The notes: generated from the sequence alone by a model not told the origin. 60,444 nt of DNA, filler included, from Nitrospinae bacterium RIFCSPLOWO2_12_FULL_45_22 (GCA_001803565.1; 7 parts of 7 records of this genome joined end to end with filler, not necessarily neighbours in it); one strand, 5' to 3'. Shown: positions 39,954 to 51,230, counted from the whole stretch's first letter. Program-made: numbers and translations.

Positions 39954-40053
39954 NNNNNNNNNNNNNNNNNNNNNNNNNNNNNNNNNNNNNNNNNNNNTTA
40001 ATTAATTAANNNNNNNNNNNNNNNNNNNNNNNNNNNNNNNNNNNNNNNNNNNN
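39954..40053. other. Artificial contig linker
   Basis: N run + TTAATTAATTAA + N run. Confidence 0.98.
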
Positions 40054-40401
40054 CATTGTAGTATTGCTCACCAATAGAATCCATCCTCAACGCTCGAAGG
40101 AGCAAATAAAAATCTATCGCCCCCTGCTCCACAACCTTGTAATGGAGGAGCTATAGTAAGCATTCACTGGATGATAGGAATTTGCTTTTTTAACAGAAAT
40201 CCTTTCTTGATGGTATGCTATTCCAAGGGCATTAAAGAGCTTTGGAAAACTTCAAAGATGCCTAATGTCAATCGACTATAGAAGGTATAATTATATGATG
40301 TTATACAAACGATATCAAGAAAAAAATTTCCGTCTTGATATCAGCCGGGGCGGTAGGTATACTTTATAGATACGCAAAAACGCCGCTATTCATAGAGGAA
40401 C

Positions 40402-41400
40402 ATGATGGACCTTTCGATCATCTGCACTTACCGGTGTATCTCTAAATGCCGGATGTGTAATATCTGGCAAAACCCCTCCAATCCCAAGGATGAACTGAGC
40501 TTGGAAACTCTCGCAAAGCTGCCGAAAGGCTTAGGCCACGTGAATATTCAGGGCGGCGAACCAACCCTGCGGGCGGATCTGATGGAAATCATCGATACGG
40601 TTTATCCTAAAGCCCGCGTGACCGAGATCAGCTCGAATGGGCTGCTACCCGACCGGTTGGTCCCGATTATAAAAAAATATCCCCGTGTTAAAGTGCGGGT
40701 CAGTCTCGAAGGAGATGAAAAGACCAACAACAGGATCCGCGGTGAGTCGGACGGATTCAAGACCAAGGTCGAAGGTTTAAAAAAACTTAAAGCGGCCGGC
40801 GGAAAAGATCTCGGTTTCGCGATCGTGGTCCAGGACGAGAACGCTTCCCAATTGGCCTCTGTTTATGAAGCGGCCAAATCGATAGGCGCGGATTTTTCGG
40901 CCTCAGCGCTCCATAATGGCTGGCAATTCCACAAAGCCGATAACTGTCTTCGCGATCAAGCGACCGCCGCGCGGGAGATCGAAAAAACAATCACCGCTTT
41001 TATCCGGTCAAACTCGATCAAGTCCTGGTTTCGGGCGTACATGATCCTCGGGCTCAGGAAACAGATCATGGGGCATGATCCGTCAGAGAAATGTACGGCC
41101 GGCACCGGTTTCGCTTTTATCGACCCGTGGGCCAATGTGTTCGCGTGCAATGTTAGAGCGGATCTCCTGATGGGCAATCTTCGAAAGCAGTCCTGGGAAG
41201 ATATTTTATCGAGTTCGGCGGTCCGGCGATGCCGAACGCAAGTGGTTCAATGCGAGAAAAAATGCTGGAAAGTGGTGAACGCACGCGTCGCCATGAGGTC
41301 GGCCCTCATACCCCGCTTTCCGAAGTTCGGTACTATCCGGTGGGTGGTCACAAACAAGATCCGGGCCGCGATCGGCCTGGACGTGCTGTTCGATCACTAA
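40402..41400 (+). CDS. Radical SAM/SPASM-domain protein
   Basis: TYRCISKCRMC, GGEPTLR, CTAG..IDPWANVFAC, GNL, C-terminal CEKKC. Confidence 0.88.
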   Translation: MMDLSIICTYRCISKCRMCNIWQNPSNPKDELSLETLAKLPKGLGHVNIQGGEPTLRADLMEIIDTVYPKARVTEISSNGLLPDRLVPIIKKYPRVKVRVSLEGDEKTNNRIRGESDGFKTKVEGLKKLKAAGGKDLGFAIVVQDENASQLASVYEAAKSIGADFSASALHNGWQFHKADNCLRDQATAAREIEKTITAFIRSNSIKSWFRAYMILGLRKQIMGHDPSEKCTAGTGFAFIDPWANVFACNVRADLLMGNLRKQSWEDILSSSAVRRCRTQVVQCEKKCWKVVNARVAMRSALIPRFPKFGTIRWVVTNKIRAAIGLDVLFDH

Positions 41401-41431
41401 GCAGGACAATTCCGGATGTTCATCATGAGCT

Positions 41432-41935
41432 TTGATGTTTGTAATGACGCGCATGACCGCTGAAATGAAAAAGATACGTTTATGGCCGGCGATCGCCGTA
41501 GCGGCTCTGGCTGCGTTCATATTCATTCTTTATTATCCCTGGATAGATCAGCGCATCCTCGCGCCTTCTCTTAAAGCTATCTTAAGAATTTTTAGTAAAC
41601 CTTTTTTTTATCCGGCCTTGGCGCTCATCCTAATCCTTAGAGCGGCGGTACCCGGTCTACCCTTCCCAAAAAACTCTGAGCGTCGGCTTTATACACGACT
41701 TCGCCTGGTTGATCCTTCAGGCGTCGATAGCGGTGACTATCACGCTCAGCTATGTCGCGTTTTTAAAATCATACTATCACCGGCACCTGGATTTTCTGAC
41801 GATCCGCGCGATACTCGAATGGCCGCTTACGGCCCAATTCCTGGTTTGGTTTCTTGTAACCGATTTTCTCAACTGGTTCCATCATTGGCTAAGGCACAAG
41901 GTGCCGTGGTTATGGCATTTCCATGCGGTGCACCC
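41432..41935 (+). pseudogene. Sterol desaturase/fatty-acid hydroxylase fragment
   Basis: Frameshifted between ORFs 41432 and 41709; DFLNWFHHWLRHKVPWLWHFHAVH, then cut at a C-rich tract. Confidence 0.75.
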
Positions 41936-42017
41936 CCGGCCCCCCCCGGTTTACCTGGTTTGTGGTTAAATATCTAGAGACATTTTAAACAACAAAAAGA
42001 TCGGAGAGCGGCAAAGA

Positions 42018-42365
42018 ATGGATATTACAGAAAACAAAAAGACTTCGCTTAAAGATAACGAAATAAAGGCATTAATGAGGTTCAAGGAATTATTATTGGA
42101 AAGGTATAGCCTGGTGGACATAAAACTATTTGGCTCTAAAGCAAGAGGGTTGGATACCCCAGATTCTGATATTGACATATTGATTGAAATTGAAGAATTA
42201 AGCCCAGAAATTGAGACAGAAATTGGCCATATTGCGTTTGAAATTAATCTGGAATATAACTGCTTTATATCAACTATTATTTTTAGTAGAAAAGAACTCG
42301 AAGAGGGTCCTCTGTCTGAGTCCCCATTATATAAGAACGTTCAATATGAGGGTGTGAAGATATGA
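42018..42365 (+). CDS. MNT nucleotidyltransferase antitoxin
   Basis: LFGSKARG..DSDIDILI. Confidence 0.88.
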   Translation: MDITENKKTSLKDNEIKALMRFKELLLERYSLVDIKLFGSKARGLDTPDSDIDILIEIEELSPEIETEIGHIAFEINLEYNCFISTIIFSRKELEEGPLSESPLYKNVQYEGVKI

Positions 42366-42760
42366 CCTCAGAAGAGAAAAGGCGAGAGTTGGCTATTTAT
42401 AGGCTAAAACAGGCCGAAGAAAGCTTGGATGAGGCAAGGTTTTTACTTTCACCACGGGCTGTTATTAATAGGGCTTACTACACTATGTTTTATGCAACTC
42501 TAAGTTTGCTTATCTTCGAAAAGTATTCTTCTTCGAAACATATTGGGGTGATTTCATATTTTAATCAACACTTTATAAAAACAGGCATTTTCTCCAAGGA
42601 ATTGGGATGGGCATTTAGCCGGGCCTTTGATCTGAGACAAAGGAGCGATTACAAGGAATATGTGACTATTACCTATGAACAGGCCAAGACTATTATAGAG
42701 GAGGCGGAAAGATTCGTTGATACCGTGAAAAGACATTTACGGCAGAAAAACTTGATTTAA
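42362..42760 (+). CDS. HEPN-domain toxin
   Basis: INRAYYTMFY, KHIGVISYF, RQRSDY; ATGA overlap with the MNT gene. Confidence 0.88.
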   Translation: MTSEEKRRELAIYRLKQAEESLDEARFLLSPRAVINRAYYTMFYATLSLLIFEKYSSSKHIGVISYFNQHFIKTGIFSKELGWAFSRAFDLRQRSDYKEYVTITYEQAKTIIEEAERFVDTVKRHLRQKNLI

Positions 42761-42825
42761 ACAGGGTTTACCGGAGAAATAAAGGATACCCAAGATTTAT
42801 GAGATTAAAGTGTCTTAACGGATAA

Positions 42826-43059
42826 ATGAAGATAAGGAGGGTAATAACTATTTGGGCTCCTTATATATATGCTGGAGATACTGGTAATATTCTCAATAAA
42901 AGACAAGAGAATATCGGCCATTATAGAAAAGATGGTGATAGGATTATAATCTATGACCGGCAATGGAATAAGTTAAGTAAGGGTACCTGGAAAATTCTGG
43001 CAAGGATTGGGAAAGAGGCAGTATCTTTGATAGCTATTATAGAAGACTTGGCTATATAG
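42826..43059 (+). CDS. Hypothetical protein or fragment
   Basis: 77-aa ORF only; no recognised motif. Confidence 0.3.
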   Translation: MKIRRVITIWAPYIYAGDTGNILNKRQENIGHYRKDGDRIIIYDRQWNKLSKGTWKILARIGKEAVSLIAIIEDLAI

Positions 43060-43219
43060 AAAAGAAGGGTGAACAAATAAGCATATTTGATAAGGAATGG
43101 AATAGAAAGGGTTACGCAATAGTTGATGATAAAGAGCAAGGATATTTTAACAAGGAATCTGAAAGGGTAGATTCAGATGAGCTTCTCAGGGAATTAGAAA
43201 TTCTAATCATCAGGGATAA

Positions 43220-43807
43220 ATGAAGAAAAGAATAATAAATTATATTGGTAAAGTCGTTAAGAAAGCGTTTGAAGATTTTCTGTATAAGGTCCTTGCCGAC
43301 TGGTTATCTAGATTTGACGAGGAAGAAGAGGAAAGCGAAGATAATAGCGACATTGAGGAAAGATCTAGAGAACCAAAAAGTAATATGGAAGAGGTTAGAA
43401 TTCAATGGGAAGGCCCTTATTTAATCGAAAGGGTTCCGAAATTAGATATTTCAGAGGAATTTGGTGTTTACATGATAACTAGACGATGGGGCACAAACAG
43501 AGAAAAGATTTTGTATATAGGTAAAACATATTGGCGAGATTTTAGGAGTCGAGTAAGGGAGCATCGAAGGGAGTGGTTAAATGAAGAAGTAGGAAATCTT
43601 AAAGTTAGATTAGGCATTATAAAACTTTCAAGGGGGAAAAAAATCTCTGTGCAAAGGGTTCAGGATATTGAAGCGTTATTAATTTATTGGTGTCAGCCAA
43701 GATATAACACCATATATAAAGATTCCTACAATGGAAGGGATTTAAAAATCATAAACGAGGGCAGACGAGGACCTATCGATAACATTATAACAACTGATGA
43801 TATCTAA
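43220..43807 (+). CDS. GIY-YIG nuclease family protein
   Basis: GVYMI...LYIGKT...RVREH...EALLIY..QPRYN. Confidence 0.8.
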   Translation: MKKRIINYIGKVVKKAFEDFLYKVLADWLSRFDEEEEESEDNSDIEERSREPKSNMEEVRIQWEGPYLIERVPKLDISEEFGVYMITRRWGTNREKILYIGKTYWRDFRSRVREHRREWLNEEVGNLKVRLGIIKLSRGKKISVQRVQDIEALLIYWCQPRYNTIYKDSYNGRDLKIINEGRRGPIDNIITTDDI

Positions 43808-44021
43808 GAATGATTATGTATTGTAATCATATCTTATAGTGTTGCTTACCAGTATATTTGATGAATATCAAACTATTAAATCTGATTTTTCTTATGCCTT
43901 TTTCTGACCTATGCTAGTCCATAGTTAGGAGGGAGACAGTTTCTTTAACAAAAAACTAGAATGAAAATGTAGGGACAGCGCCCATTTATTCCCAACAGGG
44001 CGTTATGTTAAGGATTGAACA

Positions 44022-44240
44022 ATGCGGCTAGCCGAAGGGATACAAAAACAGATTGAGATATACCGCTTGATGACCGGCGCCCAGCGGCTTTGTATAGGGT
44101 TTGAACTTTACGAAACAGCTATTGCCATTTGCCATGCTGGTATTAAGCGACCGTATCCAGATTGGGCCGAAAGGGAAATAAAAGCAGAACTTGTTACGAG
44201 ATTAAGAGATGCGGCAACTCGACAGGCTGTTACAGAATAG
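44022..44240 (+). CDS. Small helical hypothetical protein (antitoxin-like orphan)
   Basis: QIEIYRLMTGAQRL...AGIKRPYPDW..REIKAEL; this pattern is often seen upstream of nucleotidyltransferases, but no partner is present. Confidence 0.5.
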   Translation: MRLAEGIQKQIEIYRLMTGAQRLCIGFELYETAIAICHAGIKRPYPDWAEREIKAELVTRLRDAATRQAVTE

Positions 44241-44394
44241 AGTCTAGCAAAATTTGTTATCATATAATTAGATGTATTTGTGATGCCTTTTTGATTCAAT
44301 AGCATCAAACAAAACGCATGATTTTATATTTCGTAACAACCTGTCGACTTTATTAGAAATATAATCTTTCTTTCCTTCGGGGGAGCGTGGGCAG

Positions 44395-46686
44395 ATGAGG
44401 AAATTTGTGGATCATTGGGCCAGGCAGAAGATGCTCCGGCAACTCTATGCCCAGGCCAATAAGGCATTCAAACAAAAGTCTTATAAGACCGAGGCCCCTT
44501 TGTTGGAAAAGATATTGGAGCTTGAACCGGACCGTTCGGATATAATCCAGCGGCTCGGCTCCCTGTACTATAACGAATTGGGGGATTTTGGGAAGGCTGC
44601 CGTTTACTTTGAGAAGATGAGAAAGATGTCTCACCCCCTGGAGCTATTCTTCCACCTGGGATATTGCTATTACCAATGCAAAAATTTTTTGAAGGCCAGG
44701 GAAAATTTAGAAAAGTACCTTAAGAAGATCCAGGGGCAAAAAGACCGCCAGGCCAGAGAGCTCAGCAAGAGGGCGGAAGGGTTGCTGGAATCATGCAAGG
44801 AGCAACTCATCCGAGAGAAGGAGAGGAAGCTCCAGCTTAAAGAGGAGCGGGGGAAAGAAGCTGCAACCAAAAAGATGCCCCCTGTCCAAGAGGTAAGTTC
44901 AGAGCAAGAAAAAGCGACTCCCTTAACCCAACCAGCAAAAGAAGAGAGGGAGTGGCGGATTAAGATAACCTATCTCCCCCCAGAAGATAAAGCGACTATA
45001 GAGCTTCTCAAAAACTCCTCTTATGACAACCTTGCGAATTATCAACTGAGGCTCCAATATCATCACCTCACCCTCTTCAAGGGATATGATGAGCTAGTAT
45101 GCCTGAACCAATTGCATAATGTAGAAAAGTTCTGGTACCAGATTGAGACGGTGAAAAAGGTCTTAAAGCAGTTTCGGGGCAGGGTACTGCTCTGTGATGA
45201 GGTGGGATTAGGAAAGACCATTGAGGCCGGGATGCTGATCAAGGAATACCTCTTAAGGGGGATGATAAAGAAGATACTTATTCTTACCCCCACCTCCCTG
45301 GTTTCTCAATGGAGGGAAGAACTCCTCACCAAGTTTGATCTATATTTTGCTACTACCGATGATCCTGCTTTCAAACAATCTCCGGCAGAATTCTGGAAAA
45401 AGGATCAAATCATTGCCTCCCTGAATATCGCCAAATCCAGGCACCATTTCCAATCTGTAATAGATAAAGAATACGACCTGGTTGTAGTAGATGAGGTGCA
45501 CCACTTGAAGAACCGTCAGACCCTGAATTGGAAATTAGTGGATTCCTTAAAGAAGAGGTTCATCTTTCTCTTGAGCGCCACTCCGGTACAGAACAATCTG
45601 GTTGAGCTCTATAATCTATTGACCCTCTTAAAGCCCGGGATATTTAAGACCGAGAGCCATTTCAAGAAGGAGCATGTCAGGCGGGGTAACTCACGCCTCC
45701 CTTCTAATAGAGAGAAGCTCCAGGGGCTCTTGCGCGAGGTAATGATCAGGAATAAGCGGAGCCTGGTGGATGTCAGGCTCCCTAAGAGATTCGCCCAAAC
45801 TATCTTGATAGAGCCCTCAGAGTTAGAAAAGGGGGTCTATGAGAGGGTGAGTAACTTTGTTCGGGAAAATTACCATAAAGATGGTAACATGAATAAATTT
45901 ACCCTGAACCTGCTCCTAATGGAGGCGGGCAGTAGTCCTTTCGCCCTTAAAGAGTCCCTGAATAAATTGCTGGATCGGGGAAACATGGATATGTCCTCTG
46001 TCCTTAAACTGAAAGAGATCATCTCTCTTACCCAGGAGGTTTCTACATTGGAAAAAGGGAAACGGCTACTGGAGCTGGTTAAAAAGACGGGAGATAAAAA
46101 GATTGTATTCGCCCGCTACTATAAGACCCTGGCTTATATCGCCTCCCTCCTTGAAAGAGAGGGGATACCTTTTACCCAATTCCGGGGTGACCTGACCAAC
46201 CTGGAAAAGGATAAGGCCCTTACCCAATTCCGTGATGGGGTTGATCTGCTCCTCTCTTCTGAATCGGGCGGAGAAGGTAGAAATATCCAGTTCTGTAATA
46301 CCATGATAAATTATGATCTCCCCTGGAACCCTATGCTTATAGAACAGCGGATCGGCCGCATCCACCGCATCGGCCAGACCCGCGATATCTTCATCTTTAA
46401 CCTCTCGGTAAAGGATACCATAGAGGATTACATCCTGAGGGTACTGGACCAGAAGATCAATATGTTCCAACTGGTAATCGGTGAGATAGAGAGCATCCTG
46501 GGGAATATGGAGACAGAAGAGGACTTTGAGGGGATTATTATGGATATATGGGTGAAGTCCAGCAACAGACAGGAACTGGAGGAACATTTTGATGACTTAG
46601 GAGAGAGACTGCTTGAGGCCAAAAGGAGCTATGAGAAGACCAAAGAGCTGGATGAGACCCTCTTTGGCGATGATTATGAGGTATAG
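44395..46686 (+). CDS. TPR-containing SNF2-family helicase (YqhH/RapA-like)
   Basis: N-terminal TPRs; LCDEVGLGKT, DEVH, SATP, GGEGRN, EQRIGRIHRIGQ. Confidence 0.9.
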   Translation: MRKFVDHWARQKMLRQLYAQANKAFKQKSYKTEAPLLEKILELEPDRSDIIQRLGSLYYNELGDFGKAAVYFEKMRKMSHPLELFFHLGYCYYQCKNFLKARENLEKYLKKIQGQKDRQARELSKRAEGLLESCKEQLIREKERKLQLKEERGKEAATKKMPPVQEVSSEQEKATPLTQPAKEEREWRIKITYLPPEDKATIELLKNSSYDNLANYQLRLQYHHLTLFKGYDELVCLNQLHNVEKFWYQIETVKKVLKQFRGRVLLCDEVGLGKTIEAGMLIKEYLLRGMIKKILILTPTSLVSQWREELLTKFDLYFATTDDPAFKQSPAEFWKKDQIIASLNIAKSRHHFQSVIDKEYDLVVVDEVHHLKNRQTLNWKLVDSLKKRFIFLLSATPVQNNLVELYNLLTLLKPGIFKTESHFKKEHVRRGNSRLPSNREKLQGLLREVMIRNKRSLVDVRLPKRFAQTILIEPSELEKGVYERVSNFVRENYHKDGNMNKFTLNLLLMEAGSSPFALKESLNKLLDRGNMDMSSVLKLKEIISLTQEVSTLEKGKRLLELVKKTGDKKIVFARYYKTLAYIASLLEREGIPFTQFRGDLTNLEKDKALTQFRDGVDLLLSSESGGEGRNIQFCNTMINYDLPWNPMLIEQRIGRIHRIGQTRDIFIFNLSVKDTIEDYILRVLDQKINMFQLVIGEIESILGNMETEEDFEGIIMDIWVKSSNRQELEEHFDDLGERLLEAKRSYEKTKELDETLFGDDYEV

Positions 46687-47805
46687 ATGGAAGGGCTGAT
46701 GAGCTTTTTGACCCTGGTACTGGAAAGCAATGATGTCCTGGTAGAACGAAAGGATGGAGGCAGGATCGAGGCCCTTTTACCCAGGGATATAGCCACCTCC
46801 CTTGGTATCAGGGAATATCAAACCTTCTGCTTTGACTCCCAGGAGGCCCGTTCGGACGATCTGGTAGTTACCTATGATTCTGATCTCATAGATAGGCTTT
46901 CTGTATTGCTGGATAGAAAGGGCCAGCTTTCTCAGATTATCCTCCCCGGCGCTTTTATCAGGCGGGACCGGGCTGAGGAGTCCTTACGGAAGAGGCTGGT
47001 ACTCAATAATGCCGTATATCGCATAAAAGACTTTGAAGAAAAAAGGGTCGCTTATAGGGTCTTCAACCTCAAATATACCGCTATCTCTGATGAAAAGAGG
47101 GAAGATATAATAACGATAATTATCAATGAGGCTACCCTCTCTTTCCCAGAAGAGATGCTGGAGGTTATTGGCCCTTATTTGAGAGAAGGGCAGGAACCGA
47201 ATGAGAGTGTTCAAATTCCGTCCTCTCGGCCTATAGAAGAGGTCTATAGGATGGCTTTGAGGGTTCTTAGGAGGAAGATTGGAGAGGAGTTATCTGATTT
47301 TGAACGGAGTATGAACCGCCGATTGAAGAAGGATATTTTAAGATTAGAAGATTACTATGAAACTATAAAGGAGGAGATCCGTCAGAAGATTGCCAAAAAA
47401 AACCTGGAAGGAGAGCACAGAAAAGCAGAAGAGTCAAGGTTAAAGGCTACCGAGGTCGAACTGGAACGGCGTATAAAGGATCAGATAGAGAAGTATTCCG
47501 TTAAGGTAGAATCAAAGCTGATTAATGCCCTGAGGGTAATAGTTCCCTCTGCCCTGTTTAATGTTGAGCTACAACGCAAGAAGGAAAAAAGAGAGGTAAA
47601 GATAGGTTATAATCCTCTGCTTAAGAAGATAGAGTATCTGAGTTGTGAAGGGTGTTTGGCCAGGGGCTGCTATCTCTGTGATGACTTGCACGTCCTGTGC
47701 CAGAGATGCTTTTTTAAATGCCCGGGGTGCGAAAAAACCTTATGCCGTGTTTGTTATCCTGATAGTTGCCCCCGTTGCAAAGGTATAATTGACAGCGGAT
47801 TGTAA
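46687..47805 (+). CDS. YqhG-like helicase partner with C-terminal Cys-rich zinc-binding region
   Basis: Abuts the helicase stop (TAG-ATG); SDEKREDI, RLEDYY coiled coil, repeated CxxC motifs. Confidence 0.65.
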   Translation: MEGLMSFLTLVLESNDVLVERKDGGRIEALLPRDIATSLGIREYQTFCFDSQEARSDDLVVTYDSDLIDRLSVLLDRKGQLSQIILPGAFIRRDRAEESLRKRLVLNNAVYRIKDFEEKRVAYRVFNLKYTAISDEKREDIITIIINEATLSFPEEMLEVIGPYLREGQEPNESVQIPSSRPIEEVYRMALRVLRRKIGEELSDFERSMNRRLKKDILRLEDYYETIKEEIRQKIAKKNLEGEHRKAEESRLKATEVELERRIKDQIEKYSVKVESKLINALRVIVPSALFNVELQRKKEKREVKIGYNPLLKKIEYLSCEGCLARGCYLCDDLHVLCQRCFFKCPGCEKTLCRVCYPDSCPRCKGIIDSGL

Positions 47806-47857
47806 ACTGTGAAAGGGGGGGAGACTATATTATCAATAGAACAAAATTTTTGGGTCC

Positions 47858-47938
47858 ACCATTTTTTTCTAAAGCCGCTAATGTTCTTTTAATTCGCTCA
47901 CCGACAAACCAATCTTTTAACTCTTTTGCTGTTTCCAT
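47858..47938 (-). pseudogene. 5' remnant resembling a LUD-domain protein
   Basis: GGAGG RBS + METAKELKDWFVGERIKRTLAALEKNG, then unrelated sequence. Confidence 0.4.
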
Positions 47939-48253
47939 ATGACCCCTCCCAAAATCAATTCTTTCAGTCTTAGCTGTTTAGTCTTTATTGCTATATTTAT
48001 TGAAATATTCTAGTTGGATAAAATGTTATGCAAACCAAATAATGAGAAGCCAGGGAGAATTTCTTTAACAGATAAGGCTTTTTTGTCTTATATTCAAGTT
48101 TTAAGACTTCTATAAACGGCCAAAGGTACATTTTTCTGGTTAGTTCACTTCTCTCGCATATCAGGTATTTTTTGTCAACCTGTTCTTTTGCAAAAAAATT
48201 ATTGACAAAGGTCCTGCTCAAAAAATACAATTTATTACGACGAAACAATCACA

Positions 48254-48468
48254 GCCCTGCCAGCCGGCATGGGGGAACGTACCCAGCAGCCCGGTGCATG
48301 TTCTGTACGGATGCTTACCGAGTTTCATAAAAAACACCGGCCTGCATATTCGAGGATGAACTCCAAGAATATTTCCTCTACCGCAAAAACGTCAATAAGT
48401 GGTCCCCCCAACACCATGTGCATTTGTTACTGTGTAATCTGCCTCTTCTATGTCAAGGTGTTCAAACG
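48254..48468 (+). pseudogene. Frameshifted N-terminal SAM-like domain of a tyrosine integrase
   Basis: GMGERTQ..SVRMLTEF / KTPACIFEDELQEYFLYRKNVNKWSP / NTMCICYC, read across two frameshifts. Confidence 0.65.
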
Positions 48469-48508
48469 GCTAAGGAAGGCCAATAATGGTTACATTACAG
48501 GCAAATTT

Positions 48509-48608
48509 NNNNNNNNNNNNNNNNNNNNNNNNNNNNNNNNNNNNNNNNNNNNTTAATTAATTAANNNNNNNNNNNNNNNNNNNNNNNNNNNNNNNNNNNN
48601 NNNNNNNN
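48509..48608. other. Artificial contig linker
   Basis: N run + TTAATTAATTAA + N run. Confidence 0.98.
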
Positions 48609-50497
48609 CCATCTCTTAGGGCTTCCTGTCTTAAGCCTATCTATTGAAGGGCCTATACGGGTAGAGGACCTGGGAGCGGATTTTGCCGCTGATAAATCGG
48701 CCCCTCATCTCCTTTATACCCTGGGTAGGGAAGGTAATTTCAAAGGGCCAGCCGGCTTAGAGCTAAAGATTTCCCGGGTGTTGCAAGATAAGCAGCCACT
48801 ATTACTAACTGGGAGATTAGGATTAAGGAACAATAACATCTCATATGCCCCCCTGAAACTCCCCCTCATACAGTTGCAAGGGAGTGTGGAGTTTACCAGA
48901 GAGATGGTACAAACCCAGACCTTGCAGGGTAAATGGGGCCAAAGCCCATTCATATTAAAAGGGATCATGAAAGGATACCGAGGGAAGAATCCCTCCCTGA
49001 AATTGCAGGTCTCTACTGAACTTGATCTCTCTGAGCTAAAAAACCAGCTCTCTTACCCTTTCCTGGATGAGCTTACTTACTACGAGGGCATCCCTTCTCT
49101 TCAAGTAAATATCCAGAACCCGGCTAATCAATGGCAAATAGCTGGCACTTTGGATCTGACTAATACGGGATATCAGTATAAGGGGATAAAGAAGGATAGT
49201 GGCGTACTCAACCTGCTCTCTTGTGATCTGCAACCAGACCCAGGAGAGGGCTGGCGGATAGATAAATTCGGGCTAGAGCTAGGGGATATAGTAGCTTCTG
49301 GCCAGGGGAGGATTGTTAATCAGGATTGGCAGTTGGAGTTAGAGACTAATAAATTTGATATCAACCAGATGTTATCCTTTCTACAAGAAGATGCCCAGCA
49401 CCAGGGTAAAAATTGGGTTCAGGGAACATTAGGGCTCAAAGGCACCTGGCAGAGTGCTTCTCCGCCCAATATCAAATTCAACCTGACAGTTGACCAGATA
49501 GACCTGGACAAACTCTTTTCTAATTCGGGAGATAAAAACAATGAGTTTTTGCGGAACAATTTGCTACAGGGGAGTATAACAGTTAAAGGAGGCAAATTTC
49601 TAGGGCTTAGTTTTTCGCAGCTCAAAGCAGACATGCTAGCCCCCAAGCCTGGGGTAATGGCTGGGGATCTGGAATTAAAGCTCCACCAGGGATATTTTAA
49701 AGGTAAGACTTCTATCCAGATAGACTCTTCTCAGGGTCCTGGTTACTATTTGGCTGGCTCGGGCAGGAAGATAAAGATCGAAGGGCTTATCCNNNNNNNN
49801 NNNNNNNNNNNNNNNNNGTTACTATTTGGCTGGCTCGGGCAGGAAGATAAAGATCGAAGGGCTTATCCAGGAATTGAACCACGGCCATAGTGTATTGAGT
49901 GGTTCTCTCGGCTTGACCTTAAAGCTAGAAACCCAGGGCCGTACCGCTGAGGCCAGAAAGGCCTCTCTCAATGGCAAGGTATCAATTAGGGTAAAGAATG
50001 GTGTCCTTAAAAGATACTCCCTGATCTCCAAGATATTCTCCTTCTTGAATGTTTCCCAACTATTGGAACTAAAGCTACCTGATTTAGTCGCTAAGGGCAT
50101 ACCTTATAAAGAGATCGGGGGAGATTTTCAGATAAAAAATGGGATAGCCCAGACCGATAATCTCTTTCTCGCCAGCCGCTCATTAAATATGGCCGCTATT
50201 GGCCAAATAGACCTAACGAGAAAGTCCCTTAATCTTACTATAGCCGTTCAACCCCTCCAGACAGTAGACAAGGTGGTAGCCCTGGTCCCTATTCTGGGGC
50301 ATATATTGACCGATGAGAAGAAGAGCTTGATCCTGGCTTTCTTTAACGCAAAAGGCCCCTGGAATGATCCGTCGGTTACGCCTATACCTTTTGCCTCGCT
50401 GAGGAAAGGCATACTAGGAATCTTTAAGAGGATATTTTTACTCCCCAAAGATGTTGTCAAAGAGCCCTGGGAGGTCCTGTTACCCAAGCTACCGTAA
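48609..50497 (+). CDS. AsmA-like/YhdP-like protein, C-terminal part (5' truncated)
   Basis: Beta-rich repeats; YKEIGGDFQIKNGIAQTDNL..GQIDL..PLQTVDKVV..VPILG..GPWNDPSV; split only by an overlap gap (49742-49792 repeated after N 49793-49817). Confidence 0.85.
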
Positions 50498-51230
50498 ATA
50501 AACCATTGCCATAATTCTATCTACTCTACCACCTTCCTCAAACCGCCCTGCCCATTATTTATTTTTAAATAAGGGGGTACCAAATTATATTAGGCAAGGC
50601 GCTTCGCTCGTAGCCTAGCTATAAGGGAAATAGCAACGGCTAAGAAGGATAAATAATCAGCATTCTTAATTCGAGTCAAAATTTTGCTTGACTGTTTTTC
50701 CTACCCTATGGTAGAATTTTAGAATAGATAAATTAACCCTACTTCGTACAGGTACAAATTAGGTTGTAGTTGCCGGGTTTAGCCTGCTTTACTTTAAATT
50801 TATTTTTAACATATTTATACCTTCACTCAAGCCTTTAAGAGCATACTTAGGCTTCTGTAATTCAGCGGGGATAAAGGCTTTTATATGTGGGAGGATAGTT
50901 AGTCTTTTCCCTGATAAATTTTTCCTGGCCATATCAATCATTTCAGACAGATGCCTAGTTACACTCCTTCCATGAGAATACTTATCCTGAAAAGGTCGCT
51001 AAAAAACTATATGCAGACTACATGATTTTTCTAAAATCATACCGGTGTGAGCCATCTCTATTTCTGATTGTTAGTATTCTTCATTAATAGTTCTTCATTT
51101 TAAGGAGGAAAAGAGGCTCATTTAGGGGCGGGCACCCAATTTCTTTTTTAAGGTATTGGTTTTAGGCTAGTAGTTCAATTGTGGTTCCCAATAAAATAGT
51201 TCCAACGTCTTTAGAAGAGGAGGATTTGTC

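Noticed and set aside
43969-44350. GTTATGT...CGTAAC around the 44022 ORF as a second integron cassette
   Set aside because: No pairing L boxes or downstream R' found
10016-48608. Six regularly recurring TTAATTAATTAA palindromes
   Set aside because: Embedded in N runs of fixed 100-nt length; artificial linkers, so gene adjacency across them is meaningless
49742-49868. 51-bp direct repeat and apparent split of the AsmA-like gene
   Set aside because: Identical sequence on both sides of an N gap: an unmerged scaffold overlap, not biology
50498-51230. Long intergenic region as an ncRNA or riboswitch
   Set aside because: No recognisable conserved motif by eye; would need an Rfam scan
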